A stretch of 64,000 nucleotides of DNA from Selaginella moellendorffii. Lineage: Eukaryota > Plantae > Lycopodiophyta. The stretch spans positions 410,788 to 474,787 of the forward strand of contig NW_003314371.1 in NCBI RefSeq assembly GCF_000143415.4. Direction: 5' to 3'. Of this stretch, positions 28,061 through 39,830 are shown piece by piece. How positions within the stretch are numbered: position 1 is the stretch's first letter; every line of letters starts with the position of its first letter. The position numbers were made by a program, and so were the translations under genes. The notes beneath the pieces are model-generated. The model was not told the origin of the DNA, made no database searches, and saw only the letters and a list, made by a program, of their open reading frames with translations.

Positions 28061-29065
28061 ATGGTTGCTCTGCCTCTAAGAACTGGATCGCCCTGCTGCT
28101 CCTGCCCCGATCTCGACGGTTCAAGGGCGAGATATCGCTCCAACTTGCTGATTCACAGGTATGGGAAGCTTGGAAACTTGGAGCTTGCACGCGAGGCTTT
28201 TGAGGCCATCAAGCATCCCAATGTTTATGACAATGGGAGCTTGCGGGAAGCAAGAGAGGTGTTTGACAGGATGCCTTCGACAGACAAGGACATTGTACAA
28301 TCCTGTGTGGGCATTTCCGGCTCGGTAACCTTCGTGAAGCTATGGTGGTGTTTCAAAAGATGCCGGAGAGGGACGTCGTTTCGTGGACTACTCCTCTTTT
28401 CGCAAATGCCCAAGAAGGGCATTTTTAATTTTCAACGGCCTTGTTTAATATGATGTCCGTACGTAGCGTCTGGAATACACTTTTACAAGCGTACACATTG
28501 TTCAAGAGGCTCGTAAATTGTTTTTGTAAATGCCTTACCGAGATGTTTCAACGTAGCTGGAAATGTTGTAGCGGGGCATTGTGCTGAGGCTCAAACATGC
28601 TTTTAATCTATGCCAGAGATGGACGTGGTTTTTTTCACGGCAATGATGAAGCTTTTGGCGAGGTTGGGGACTTGCAAGGAGCGCAAAAAGTATTTGATTC
28701 CTCTCCCGCGAGACATCGTGTGCTGGAGCACTATGGTAACTAACGCGTATGCCCAGCGTGGGCATCCGGAAGATGCTAAGTGCCTGTTTGACAGGATGCC
28801 TGACTGGAACAGGGTGGCCTGGTCGGCCTTGAGCTCGGCCTACGGCCAGCAGTTCCATCTCGAGGCAGCCATGCAGGTGTTCTTCGCGGTTTCCTGCAAT
28901 GCAGTCTTGACCGTTTACTCCAAAAGCTGCCACCTTGAGGCAGCCATGCAGGCGTTCGACGCAATAGCCTACCGTAATGTGGGATCCTGGAACTCACTGC
29001 TCGCAGCTTATGCCGATAACGGGAGTCTAACAAACTCAGCAAAGGTATTTGCAATGATCACCTAG
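28061..29065 (+). pseudogene. Degenerate PPR gene
   Basis: SNLLIHRYGKLGNLELAREAFEAI, AREVFDRMP, AKCLFDRMPDWNRVAW and SWNSLLAAYADNG occur across frameshifts and stops. Confidence 0.85.
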
Positions 29066-29820
29066 ACGTGGTTTTGTCGTCGTTGATGGTTTTCATGAGA
29101 TAATCTCCGCCATCCATTTGCTCTTGTACCATGTCAGTGCTTGTGATTTCCATCGAGACTCGAGGTAGTGTTAGAGCGTTTTAAAGTTTGAAAAGAGACA
29201 ACTTTAGCAAAAGCAGCTCTTCACTTAAACAATCAAACCACCGTAAACCAGCCACATACCATTCCAACTACCCATACTTCCCCACTGCCAAGAGTCGCCC
29301 TGGGTATTTTGTTCGGTACCAGCTCTTCTTGTCCGCCTCAAGACAGTATAGCGTGGCGTCATCCACGGGCAGCCCCACCACAGAACCATCTTTCTCCGTC
29401 TTGACAACAATCCCACTCAGCCTCATGCTCCTTGAATGTGAATCCCATTCAACGATAACATCACCCATTTGGACACCAGTGACGATGCCAGCCACTTCAT
29501 CTGGTAAGTAGTGCTTCTTGAGGATTGCAGGGAGTTCAACTTCCCCAGCCCGCCGCACAAAAACCACCTCTTCATTTCGAGGCAGACCAAGGCACCTTAG
29601 GAGGTAGTTCCAACTGAATCAGAAAAACACCCGATCAGGATGAATCAGGATATTGAAGCAGTAGCTTACCGGTTCGAAGAGCTCAACAGCAGCCACCCAA
29701 GGCTTCCTGGGAAACAGGGAAACAACCTCACCTTTCACAGTCTGCCCATTGATCGTCACAGTGGCTTCCTAAGCCTGGTTGTCACCGAGGCGTTTATCAA
29801 TGTCTCATCTGCGTGGTCAA

Positions 29821-31393
29821 TGTTACGGTGGCAAGCCGTATGAAGTACGGACAGACACAAGTGCCAGTTCGGATGCCAGCGTTTTTGGTTTGACCAAAAT
29901 CTCATGGATAGAAATTCATTCAATGGTCAAACACAACATGGTATCGGAGCGTTCAAGACATTTCTGAAGGCTTGGTTGAGACATTGCTTGCTGGAGTGGA
30001 CATTCCGGAAGTTTCTCGCACCTATGTCGATGCTCTTGCCTCTCCTAACAAAGACAAATGGGTTGCAGCCTTTGATGAGGAGTATAACTCCTTTCTCAAG
30101 AACAACACCTTCTCCTTGGTGGAAAGAGCTCCGGCCGGGCGTAAACTAGTGAAATCCATGTGGATTCCTAGTATCAAGCTCAACCCAGACCACACCATTT
30201 CTCGCCACAAGGCTCGCTTGGTGGCGAAAGGCTACTCTCAAGTGGCTGGTGTGGATTACACTGAGACGTTTGGCCCGGTGGTCAAGCTGACTACCATTTG
30301 CACCTTGCTCGCTTTAGCAGCTATGCACACCAGATGGATGTCATGATGGCTTTCCTGAATGGAGAGCTTGATGAGGCTACAAGGTCCCAGGAGACATTCT
30401 CTTGAAGGACCTTGGTGAAGCTTGTTACTGCCTTGGCATCCAGATTGATCGCAGACAAGATGGCTGCCGCTTTCTGCATCAAAGAAGATGTCCTGCAATG
30501 ATTCGCCATGGACTCTTGTGCGCCTGCACCCACGCCAATGGTTGCTGGCTTAAGACTTTAAGACTTTCCAAGGATACGTCTCCTTCTACAGATTTGGATA
30601 GGAGGAAAATGGCGAACGCTCCTTACCGACGTGCCGTGGGAAGCTTGATGTACCCGGTGGTGTGCACACGATCAGACATTGCCTTCTCAGTGAACATGGT
30701 AAGCAGGTTTCTTGACAATCCAGGCCCTACACATTGGCAAGCAGTAAAAAGAATTTTTCGGTAAGCTACCACTTCTTTTGGCTTACTTTACATGCCAAAA
30801 ATTCACAAGGCTACTGTGATTCGGACTAGACTGGTTGCCCAGATTCACGAAGATCACAGACAGGCTATTTTTTTAGCTTGCAACAAGCAGCTCTTTCTTG
30901 GAGCAGCAAGAAACAGAGTGTTGTGACTTGCTCTAGTTGCAAAGCTGAGTATATGGCCGCTAGTGCTGCTTGCAGGCTTCAACGTCTTCTATCAGACTTG
31001 GAACACTCTCTTCCAGGTTCAACAGCGATCTATTTTGACAATCAAGGCTGCATTGCCTTAAGCAAGAATTGCAAGATCAAGTCAAGAACGAAGCACATGG
31101 ACACAGTACACCATTTTCTTCGAGACCAATATGAAGATGGAATCGTCGAGCTTGTGCATTGTCCTACTCAGGACATGCCTGCTGACGTTCTGACCAAGGC
31201 ACTCTCCCAACTGAAATTTTCTCAGTTTTGGGCTGCACTTGGCATCTGCCCGAATGGGAGTGTTACGGTGGCAAGCCATACAACATACGGACAGACACCA
31301 GTGCCAGCTAAAACTCCAGGAGATGCATTGTTTTTGGTTGTACATTGACCAAAATCTCATGGATAAAAATTCATTCGATGGTCAAACACAACA
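29821..31393 (+). mobile_element. Internally deleted Ty1/Copia LTR retrotransposon: LTRs 29821-29938 and 31261-31393, PBS 29939-29950, TSD GTCAA
   Basis: Both LTRs begin TGTTACGGTGGCAAGCC and end ...GGTCAAACACAACA; PBS TGGTATCGGAGC (tRNA-iMet type); GTCAA on both flanks. The interior holds frameshifted Copia RT (HKARLVAKGYSQVAGVDYTETF, YRRAVGSLMY) and RNase H (SWSSKKQSVV..S..KAEY, RTKHMD, ADVLTKAL); gag/protease/integrase are absent. Confidence 0.93.
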
Positions 31394-31742
31394 GTCAAGA
31401 TATCACATAACCAAGGTAGCTCAGTAGTAGAGCACTGTTCAATCCCTGGTCAATTTCCAATAGTGGGCAGTGCCTCCTGCAATGATTTCAATCTCTTGCT
31501 TGGGCTTGAATTCAGCTTTGCTATCCTTGCTTCTGAGTAGCACTTTACTACACAACCTTGCAAATGCCCAGGTTACACATCTTGTTGTTGTCCAGTTCCA
31601 TGGATAAAGCTTTCCTGCCAATGATCCACAGCTTATGATTAATGAGCAAGCAATGGGATTTCTTATCTGTAGACTGCATCTACTGCAATGTAATTGGATT
31701 GATGCTGATTCCCATGCTGCAAACACTTTGCAGTTTTGCATT

Positions 31743-32915
31743 CATTTGTCTCAAAGAGTCAGCTTTAGATTTCAGGCAAATGATTGACTTGATTTTAGAT
31801 CTCCTTGTAGATCTTCTGCAAGTAATCGAGATTATCTCCTATTTAACTATGTTTGCATCTTTAGTGTTTTTCCTCTTTTGTTCCCTTTTTCATTGTTGGT
31901 AGGTTGACACAAATCAGTGCGCCAGCTCCAAGCATATCATACTTCAGCCACTTGCTACACTTCATTTGGATCCTTGCAATTGATTCTTCTTGTAAGGCCA
32001 TCCTCGGCATTCTCAAACTGATCGTTGGCGAGAGCTGGCATTCATAAGGATTGTCAATCCCTAAGCCATACATCAGTCTAGCCTACTATAACTTTAGCTG
32101 ATCATATATATCTAGAGAGTGGAATTCTTAGCAATGCTAGCCATGGCAAGCTGCTGGATTTGAAAAAGACCATGTCAATAGAACACAATAGCATAACCAG
32201 TGGTAGTTCAAAAAAGCCATGGAATTTGAATTGCTTGAAAAGCTATGCACCCCTGAGCACAACTGTATGTGAGTAGTCCTTATCAAGAATAAGATATATA
32301 GCTCTTCAAATCCTAATAATCATATCTAAAGTAAAAATGGCAAGAAGTGATTCATCTAGTACTGCTCATAGCAATAGTGAGTCTGGGATTATTTCAACAA
32401 GCCTAAAATGATGGGTACTCTAGCTTAGGTTTAACTCAAGCCAAATGTAAAACAAAGACAGACATGTTTAGTGAGAAGTTAAAAAATGTCTATTTGGCCA
32501 CACTATCTTTATTATACATTTGAAACCCCCTTTATAAACATTTGTCTCAAAGAGTTAATTTTAAATTACAGGCAAATAAGGGACTTGATTTTAAATCTCC
32601 TTATAGATCTTTTGCAAGTAAATGAGAATATCTTTGCATCTCTCATTTTTTTCTCCTTCGTTCCCTCCTTCATTGTTGGCAGATTAACATGAATCTCATT
32701 GTTGTGTTCTCTCATACACTTTTTTTCAAGTGTATCATACTTTAACACTTGCTACACTTCATTTGGATCTTTGCAATTGATTCTTCTTGCAAAGCCACCC
32801 TTGGCATTGAAGGCTCTCAAGCTGATCTCTAGCTAGAGTTGGCATTCATAAAGATTGTCAATCCCCAAGCCATACATAAGTTTGGCATACCACATTGCAA
32901 ACAACTTTAGTTGAT
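31743..32915. repeat. ~360-bp diverged direct repeat (copies ~31743-32105 and ~32539-32915)
   Basis: Shared catttgtctcaaagagt, cacttgctacacttcatttggatc, ttgcaattgattcttcttg and tggcattcataa.gattgtcaatccc.aagccataca. Confidence 0.85.
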
Positions 32916-34329
32916 AGCTGATAGTTATTTCTTGGAGTAGCAAGACATAAAGTGTGATTGCCTCTTCAAGCCATAAAACAAAGTATGTCACTTTTTATGG
33001 GACTAATTTTAAGATGGGGTAATTAACTACTACCCCATATAGGACATGCTCACACATGCACTTTTAAAGCTATTATCCACATTAAAGTTTCCCAATATTG
33101 TGCTGTCTTGGATATCTATCTGAGTGGGTGTTAGACCAAGTGAATAGCCATGTAGCTGATACATCACATAGGGAAACACATTTGACTCATTTTTTTTCTT
33201 TTGTTGTTTTGATCTTGATTAATTCAATCTAAATCAACCACAACAAAAAGTGCCTCCTTATGAGGAAGTGCAATGTGAGGAAATGGAAGAAGTGCCTCAA
33301 CACAAGGAGATAGCAAAAGTGCTTCAATTATAGTGCATGTGGTTTTTTATCTTTTACCTATAATGATTTATTATAGGATAACCACAAACCTTGCATACAT
33401 GGGTCAAACATAACAAAATGAAACCATTGAATAAAGTCGCAAAGCTAAACTCCCAAGTTTATAACTAAGGAGTGATAGAGTAAAAGCATGAAGTAACTCC
33501 TAAGTGTACAATTAAAGAGTGAACAAATAAGAGCAAAGAGTAACATTGGAATAGTCCTAGAGCATTTAGCATCCTAACACTAAAACCAATATGCAAAAAA
33601 ACATTTAATGAAATTTAGCATTATTAATATGAGGATATAAGTACTCCGCCAGCTAACATAATATGCAATTTAGGTTTAGACTCAAGCCAAATGTAAAACA
33701 AGGACAAACACACATAATGAAAAAATAAATAACATCTGGCTAACCATACCTAACCTACCCACTATCCCTATACATTTGAAACCCCTTATAATACCCCTCC
33801 TTCCCCTCATCCCCCACTCTCATTGAAAAAGAGTTAAGTTTTTGAGATAATCATAAAAACTTACTAAATATAGAATGATACTAAATTGTGAATTTGGATT
33901 CGAAAACAACACTATTGTATATTTACATTCCATAAATATGCCCACCTAGCAAATTTAGGCACTTTTTATAAATAGCCAATGGGACTATATAGAATTAATA
34001 TATGGGGAATGATAGTGAGAATGTTTTAGCAGACATGGTAACCTATTATATAGCAATTATTGAGGGATTAATCTCAATATTGCTGGGGTTCCTAACATTA
34101 ATAAGTGCAAATTAATGAATGAGTTTTTCTAACCAAATCAAGTATACTTAACTAATAGCAGTTAGGAATTTTGTCTTTGTACTCTTTTAGTTAAATGTAT
34201 ATGTAAATTAGTTTGGGCAAAAACTAATAAAGGGTTTAACAATACTGATCTCCTGCTGTCATGGTAGTAAAAGAAGAATATCTATAAAGACTCTAACTTT
34301 CAATACTTATAATCACATTTACAACATCA

Positions 34330-34475
34330 ACATGAGGAGATAAAGGAAATGCCTCAATGTGAAGAGATAAAGGAGGTGCCTTCACAAGAGGTGATGGAGA
34401 AGGTCCCTCCACAAGAAGAGATGGAGGAGGTGCCCCCACAAGAAGGGGTGTAATGTGAGGAGATGAAAGAAGAGT
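34330..34475 (+). repeat. Decayed ~27-bp minisatellite with coding-like periodicity (EEMEEVPPQ-like); related copy at ~33250-33325
   Basis: gaggagataaaggaaatgcctc / gaagagataaaggaggtgccttcacaa / gaagagatggaggaggtgcccccacaa. Confidence 0.65.
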
Positions 34476-35019
34476 TTTCATTTAAAATAATAAAGGAGTT
34501 TCAAATGTGATATAAACTCACTAATGAGCAGATTCCACACAATATGGTAAAGACTCTAAACTCATAGATAATTAAAGTTATTTTGGACACTCTATATGAC
34601 ATACTGTAGGTAGAGGTGGAGTCTTTGATGGTGGAAGTGGAGCTTTCAATCTCATTACTTAAAGATTCTTATAATGATATTTAGATTATATAATTGGAGG
34701 TTGTACATGACACTTCTTACAAGTATAAGGCTCCATGTTAGAAGTAAGAGTGCTAGAAACTAACTTATAAATTTTTTTCTGCTAGAACTTATATATAACT
34801 TATGTTTTAAAGGTTTAGGGTATATCATAGATAACCTCATAAATCTTAATATAGGCTTAAAGATTAAAATTTCTAAACAAATTATGTTGACAAACACAAG
34901 CTCAAAGAACCTTTGATAACACATGAAATGATATTATATATATATAGCTATGGTGAAATACAAAAAATCTTACCCTTCTATATCTATGCAATAAGAGTTG
35001 TAGATTTATGTGATAAGGA

Positions 35020-35580
35020 TGTTTAACCCTAAGTATCCTAAAACTTTTAACTGATTGAAAAAGAGGGTACACTTTTGTTCATAGGTGTTTTCCTTCTATA
35101 TTTAAATTTTTATAAATCATCTCTTGAATTATTCGCTTTAGTTACTTACAATTTATCACACTTCTTTGTAAGTTTTATACTTTCATAAATGGAATCTAAT
35201 AGCTCTTTCAAAAGCCCCACTCTCTTGACACCCTACCTTTTGATTCAAGCCTAATAAAAATAAATTAGACCACTAGATGTCAATCTCAATTGTAGTGTGA
35301 TTCCCTTAGCTAATAATTAGAGTTAGATTTGAGACTCAAATGTAAACTTTTAAATTTGGATTTTCTAGGAGGTCATCCAGCCTAGTATTATTCAAACCCA
35401 AATACATTTAACCCAAATATCCTAAAACCATTAATTAATTAAACAAATGGGTGTTTTGTTGTTCATAGGCCTTTCCCTCTATATTTAAACCTTTATAGAT
35501 CGTCTTTTGCATCATTATTTTTAATTATTTATAGCCTTATATAATGCATTTGAATGCTATAAATTCTTAACTTAATGACT
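35020..35580 (-). mobile_element. Decayed Cassandra-like TRIM: two 5S-bearing LTR-like copies (~35020-35201, 35341-~35580) around a short non-coding interior
   Basis: 35358-35412 is an ungapped match to the reverse complement of the 5S rRNA internal control region; the repeat ends with TGTAA on + (..TTACA on -); related copies at 36241, 37405, 37446 and ~37630. Confidence 0.7.
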
Positions 35581-36240
35581 CTCAATTTGAATGTAGTGGC
35601 AAAAGCCATTAATCATGCTTGATTGAAAGCATCCCTATAATGGAGGATAAAGAAAATAAAGTATCAATAAATAAAATGAACCAATTTATCCAATCTAAGA
35701 AAAACATAAGCTAAAAATTACAAGATGTTATAGGGAAAAAACATTTACTTGAAAGTTCTCATTATTTGTGCAATTGCATATCACTTACATGATGATCTTT
35801 TATAATCCCTTTAGCATCAATAAAGGATCATTCATGGTGTATATGCATAATTGTAGATCCCTATCATATGGCCATATAACAAATTATGTTAAATTGTGGC
35901 ATTAATTAGTGATCAATACAACATTATACCTTTTATAAACCAATTTGTGTTTTTATAAATTCATCCATCCACACCTACTAAGTTTCCATAATTTAAGAGG
36001 GTTAATTTTCTTGTTATAGTTGAACTATAATTAAAAAATCTCAGATTATAAATTTTGACAAGATTCCTTATTTTTGGATTTTGTTAAGAATAAAAATCCA
36101 TGCATCTAAATTGTGATTAATTTATAATATTAAAGGTTCTTTATACATATCTAATTAACCATTTATCAAATAACAATAAATGTTTTGAAAGGGTAAAATT
36201 ATAATTATATATATTATGTTAGAAACATGAATAAAAATTT

Positions 36241-36345
36241 TGTAAACTCCTAAATTTGGACTTTTTAGAAGGTCTCCCAACTCAATACTACTTAAATCCG
36301 AAAACACTTAACTTGATGTATAAGTATCCCAAGACTTTTAATCTA
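36241..36345 (-). mobile_element. 5S-containing LTR-like fragment (Cassandra-like)
   Basis: tgtaaactcctaaatttggactttttagaaggtctcccaactcaatactactt...acacttaact aligns with the 35341 copy and with 5S. Confidence 0.65.
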
Positions 36346-37395
36346 TACATAATCTACCTACTAGAGCAGACAAACCCCCCTTTGTCGAAAATAAAAAATA
36401 TAGTAAAGAGAGTATGAAAGTTGGACTTTAGTGAAACTAATTTGGCCAAAAAAAGCTAATGTGACATAAGAAGGCTATACCCACATAATGAATAATCATA
36501 TAACCATTAAAAAGTCTAAAGTTAAAGTGGACACAAATGGATAAGTGGGGTAAATTGGTGAAGTGTTCAAGAGTTGGCTTTATCTCTTATGAGAGATTGA
36601 ATAGTCAATGCTCTCAATTTAAGTGTAGGTAACACTATTTACTTGAATACCTAGTATGGCTCATCAGAACCTTGCTCTAGCCACATTGCTAAAACACCTA
36701 AAGGCGGAAGATAAGGGGGAATACCCATGAGATTCACATAAGGCTACAGTGTTTCAAAATGTATTTTAAAGTTCTGGACTGTGGAAAGGTAGAGAAACAA
36801 TTATTTTGTGTAGTGACTAAGGATATGATCATATGATGAGGAAGTCCCAAAGGTCAATAGGAATTAATGGTTGGGCCTTCAAGCCTTAATTTAGTGGTGC
36901 ACTGCCGTGGATGAAATAGGACTTGGTAGGGATCAAAGAAAGGATATTAAGGAAATGTGTTCTTTATATCTTTGGGCATCCTAAAAATGCTTAGGCATGG
37001 TTATGAGATGATAGATAGTCTAGTTTTTGAGAAATGGGATTATAGTATAGGTGGTCTTGGACTATCAATGAAGTAAGGTGAAAGAATATAGCTTTAATGT
37101 AATAGGTTGATATATTAATGGTATCTTAAGGTGTTTATTATGGGATTGGACATATGGAGCACTTAGACCAAGTACAAGGGTTGAGTGGTATTGAGGCTAT
37201 TCATAGGGTTAGCAAATCCCTAAGTTAGGAATAAGACTTATAGAAGTTATAAGTGAAATTTTTTTAAGTGGTCAAAGTTGTGGTTAAGTGACTAAGTAGA
37301 ATGAACAATTTAGATGTTTACAATTCACATCTTAATAAATAGAAGTTGGGAGTTAATCAATGTCAATCTTAATATGTGATATGATTCTATATAAT

Positions 37396-37775
37396 AATAC
37401 CAAATGTAAGCTTTTAGATTTAGACTTTTTATGATATCACTTAGTTGTAAACTCTTGAATTTAGATTTTTAAAAGGTTATTCAGCTCAGTATTATTCAAA
37501 CCCAAAAGCACTTAACTTTAAGTATCCCAAAACCCAAGAATTGGAAAAGAAGGTGCATTTTTATTTATGAACTTTTACCCTTTTCTTGGGTTGTTCTTTT
37601 TGGTTATTTACACAACCTAATACTACTTAAATTTAAGGGTGCTTAACTTCAAGTATCCCAAGACCCTTAACCGATTGAAAAAGATGTACTCTTATTCATA
37701 AATTATTTCCATTTATTTTAAATTGTTATAGATTATCTTTTAAGTCATTCTCTTTAGTTGTTTATAGTTTTCATT
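37396..37775 (-). mobile_element. Cluster of 5S-containing LTR-like fragments with PBS-like remnants
   Basis: Copies start at 37405, 37446 and ~37630; the first two are preceded by aatacca and tgatatca, resembling the reverse complement (tgatacca) of the tRNA-iMet PBS. Confidence 0.6.
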
Positions 37776-39226
37776 AGTGACCATGCAAAGAAGTTACAAT
37801 TACTACAAGAAAAAAACTCACACCCTAAATTGCTAATGTGTATAATGTGGATTTTCCAAATTTTTAGATATGCTACTAACATCTACAGGCACACTTGCAA
37901 TCTAGCTAATCCTTAGCGCAATGCTGATGAAGAGGAAGAAGTGGAGGAAAGCTCCTATACAAAGGAAGAATAGATTGTTTTAGGGAACTTTTTTTGTTTT
38001 TAGATACATACATTTTAATGTAATATAATATGTATGGACAAATTTTTATTAAGAAAAAGGATATAATTTTTAGTAAGAAATTAAGTTATAATTATTAAGA
38101 ACTATACATGAGATAATAAGAAGTTATAATAATTTTCAGTATGAAATTTTAACTTGAAATTATGTTGCTATCATATTATGGAGTGTGTTTCACAAAATGG
38201 TTTTAGAAGGCATGTGGCTAATAGAATTTACTTTTATCCTTGCTTTTAGTGTTTACAAAATATTAAAAGATGGATTTTAAGGAGACACAACTCTAATCAA
38301 CTTATACTCAATGAAACAAGTAAGGAGTGAACCCTAGACCAACCTCTCAACCTTTAAAGCATGACAGCACATGCTATAAAATACTCTTGGAATATTTATG
38401 TGGTTTGTGTCATTCTCCCCTCATGAACGAACTATAGATAACAACCTCAAGAAGTTAAATGAGCTTTACATAAAGAGATTCCAAAGCAATATAACCATGA
38501 AGAAAAGATGTATAAACGGCAACACTAACATTACCCTAAAAGGCTACGAAAGAAAGAAAATAATATGGCTTTCTTATATGACAATATGATCATGAAAACA
38601 AGAGAATAAAAATAAAACAAATGGCTCAAATCATAGAAAAATATGATTATAGACCTTCCCTTCATCAAGAATGTCATCTAAGTCATAGCTAAAACTCAAA
38701 AACACTCTCTTCATATCATACTCAATTTCTTATATAGCTTCACCTATGGAATAATCATTCCACTAAACCATCCCAAGTTATCTTACATATGTCTTTAAGT
38801 ATGAATATTGGCTAGATTGGCCTTCTTTGCATCAATTTAGGGATGATGGACTTATTCATGACATCACTAAAGTGCAAACACATTTTAAACTTGCTCATAT
38901 GGAATGTTGAATGAATCTTTAAACTAGTTAGTAAGTCCAAAATGTAAGCAAGATCCCCCACATGCTGTAAAATTATCTATAACCCACAATACTATGGAGA
39001 CAACTTAGCACTACCACCTTCTTTTAGAAACTATTGTGCATTCGATTTTAATGACGACAATGCTCATTAACCAATCTTTTATCTTATTCTTGAGGTTGTT
39101 TTATATTCAACTTTGCCAACTCAAGCTTGTCTTTTATATCCTCTAAGAAATCACAAGCATCAGACACCCTAACTAAAGCCAAATTTAAACTTATGGAAGA
39201 CTTATGCTCATAACTATATATCATCA

Positions 39227-39830
39227 TGGGTATCGAAGCAAATGGCATGGGTTCGATTCTTATTGATTAGTGGCTACTCAAATTATAATATACCCTTGAG
39301 CAAGGTATATTCCTACCTTTAAATTTGAAATCATATGTATTAGACATCTATGTATACATCCTTTCTCTTGTGGAGCATCAAGTGGATAACTAGTTGCCTC
39401 ACATGGAATAATTGGTCTACATAATAAAAGGATTGGTAGATTCAATATGAAAATGGAGGTGTTAGTTCCCTTTGGCTCATAGTCAATAGTCAATAAGGAT
39501 ATTAACATATGCTAGTTCTCCTTAGCTTAGTAGAGGTTGTTAGTTAATAGTTATTAAGGATATTGACATTTTTTAAGGGGGTGAATGTAGCATATGTGAT
39601 CATAAGATGATATTTGAATATACTATCACTGTGGATCTTTAAAATTTCAAGTTGGAAATGGAGGTGTTAATTCCTCTTGACTCAATAGGGGTTAATAGTC
39701 AATAGTCAATAAAGATATTAACATGTAATCATATGATGAAATTTGGATATATTATCACCATAGATCCTTGAAACTTTGGATCCTTATTGACATCTCTAAA
39801 GGGGGGTGAGTGTAATGCATGGATTCTTGG
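39227..39830 (+). mobile_element. Decayed LTR retroelement pieces: PBS-like and two PPT/LTR-start junctions with local tandem duplication
   Basis: tgggtatcgaagc (~39227), ttaagggggtgaatgtag (~39573) and taaaggggggtgagtgtaa (~39797); blocks 39440-39510 and 39650-39730 are duplicated. Confidence 0.5.

Noticed and set aside
35358-35412. Functional 5S rRNA gene
   Set aside because: Only the internal ~55 nt match, the copies are heavily mutated, and they are embedded in a longer LTR-like repeat.
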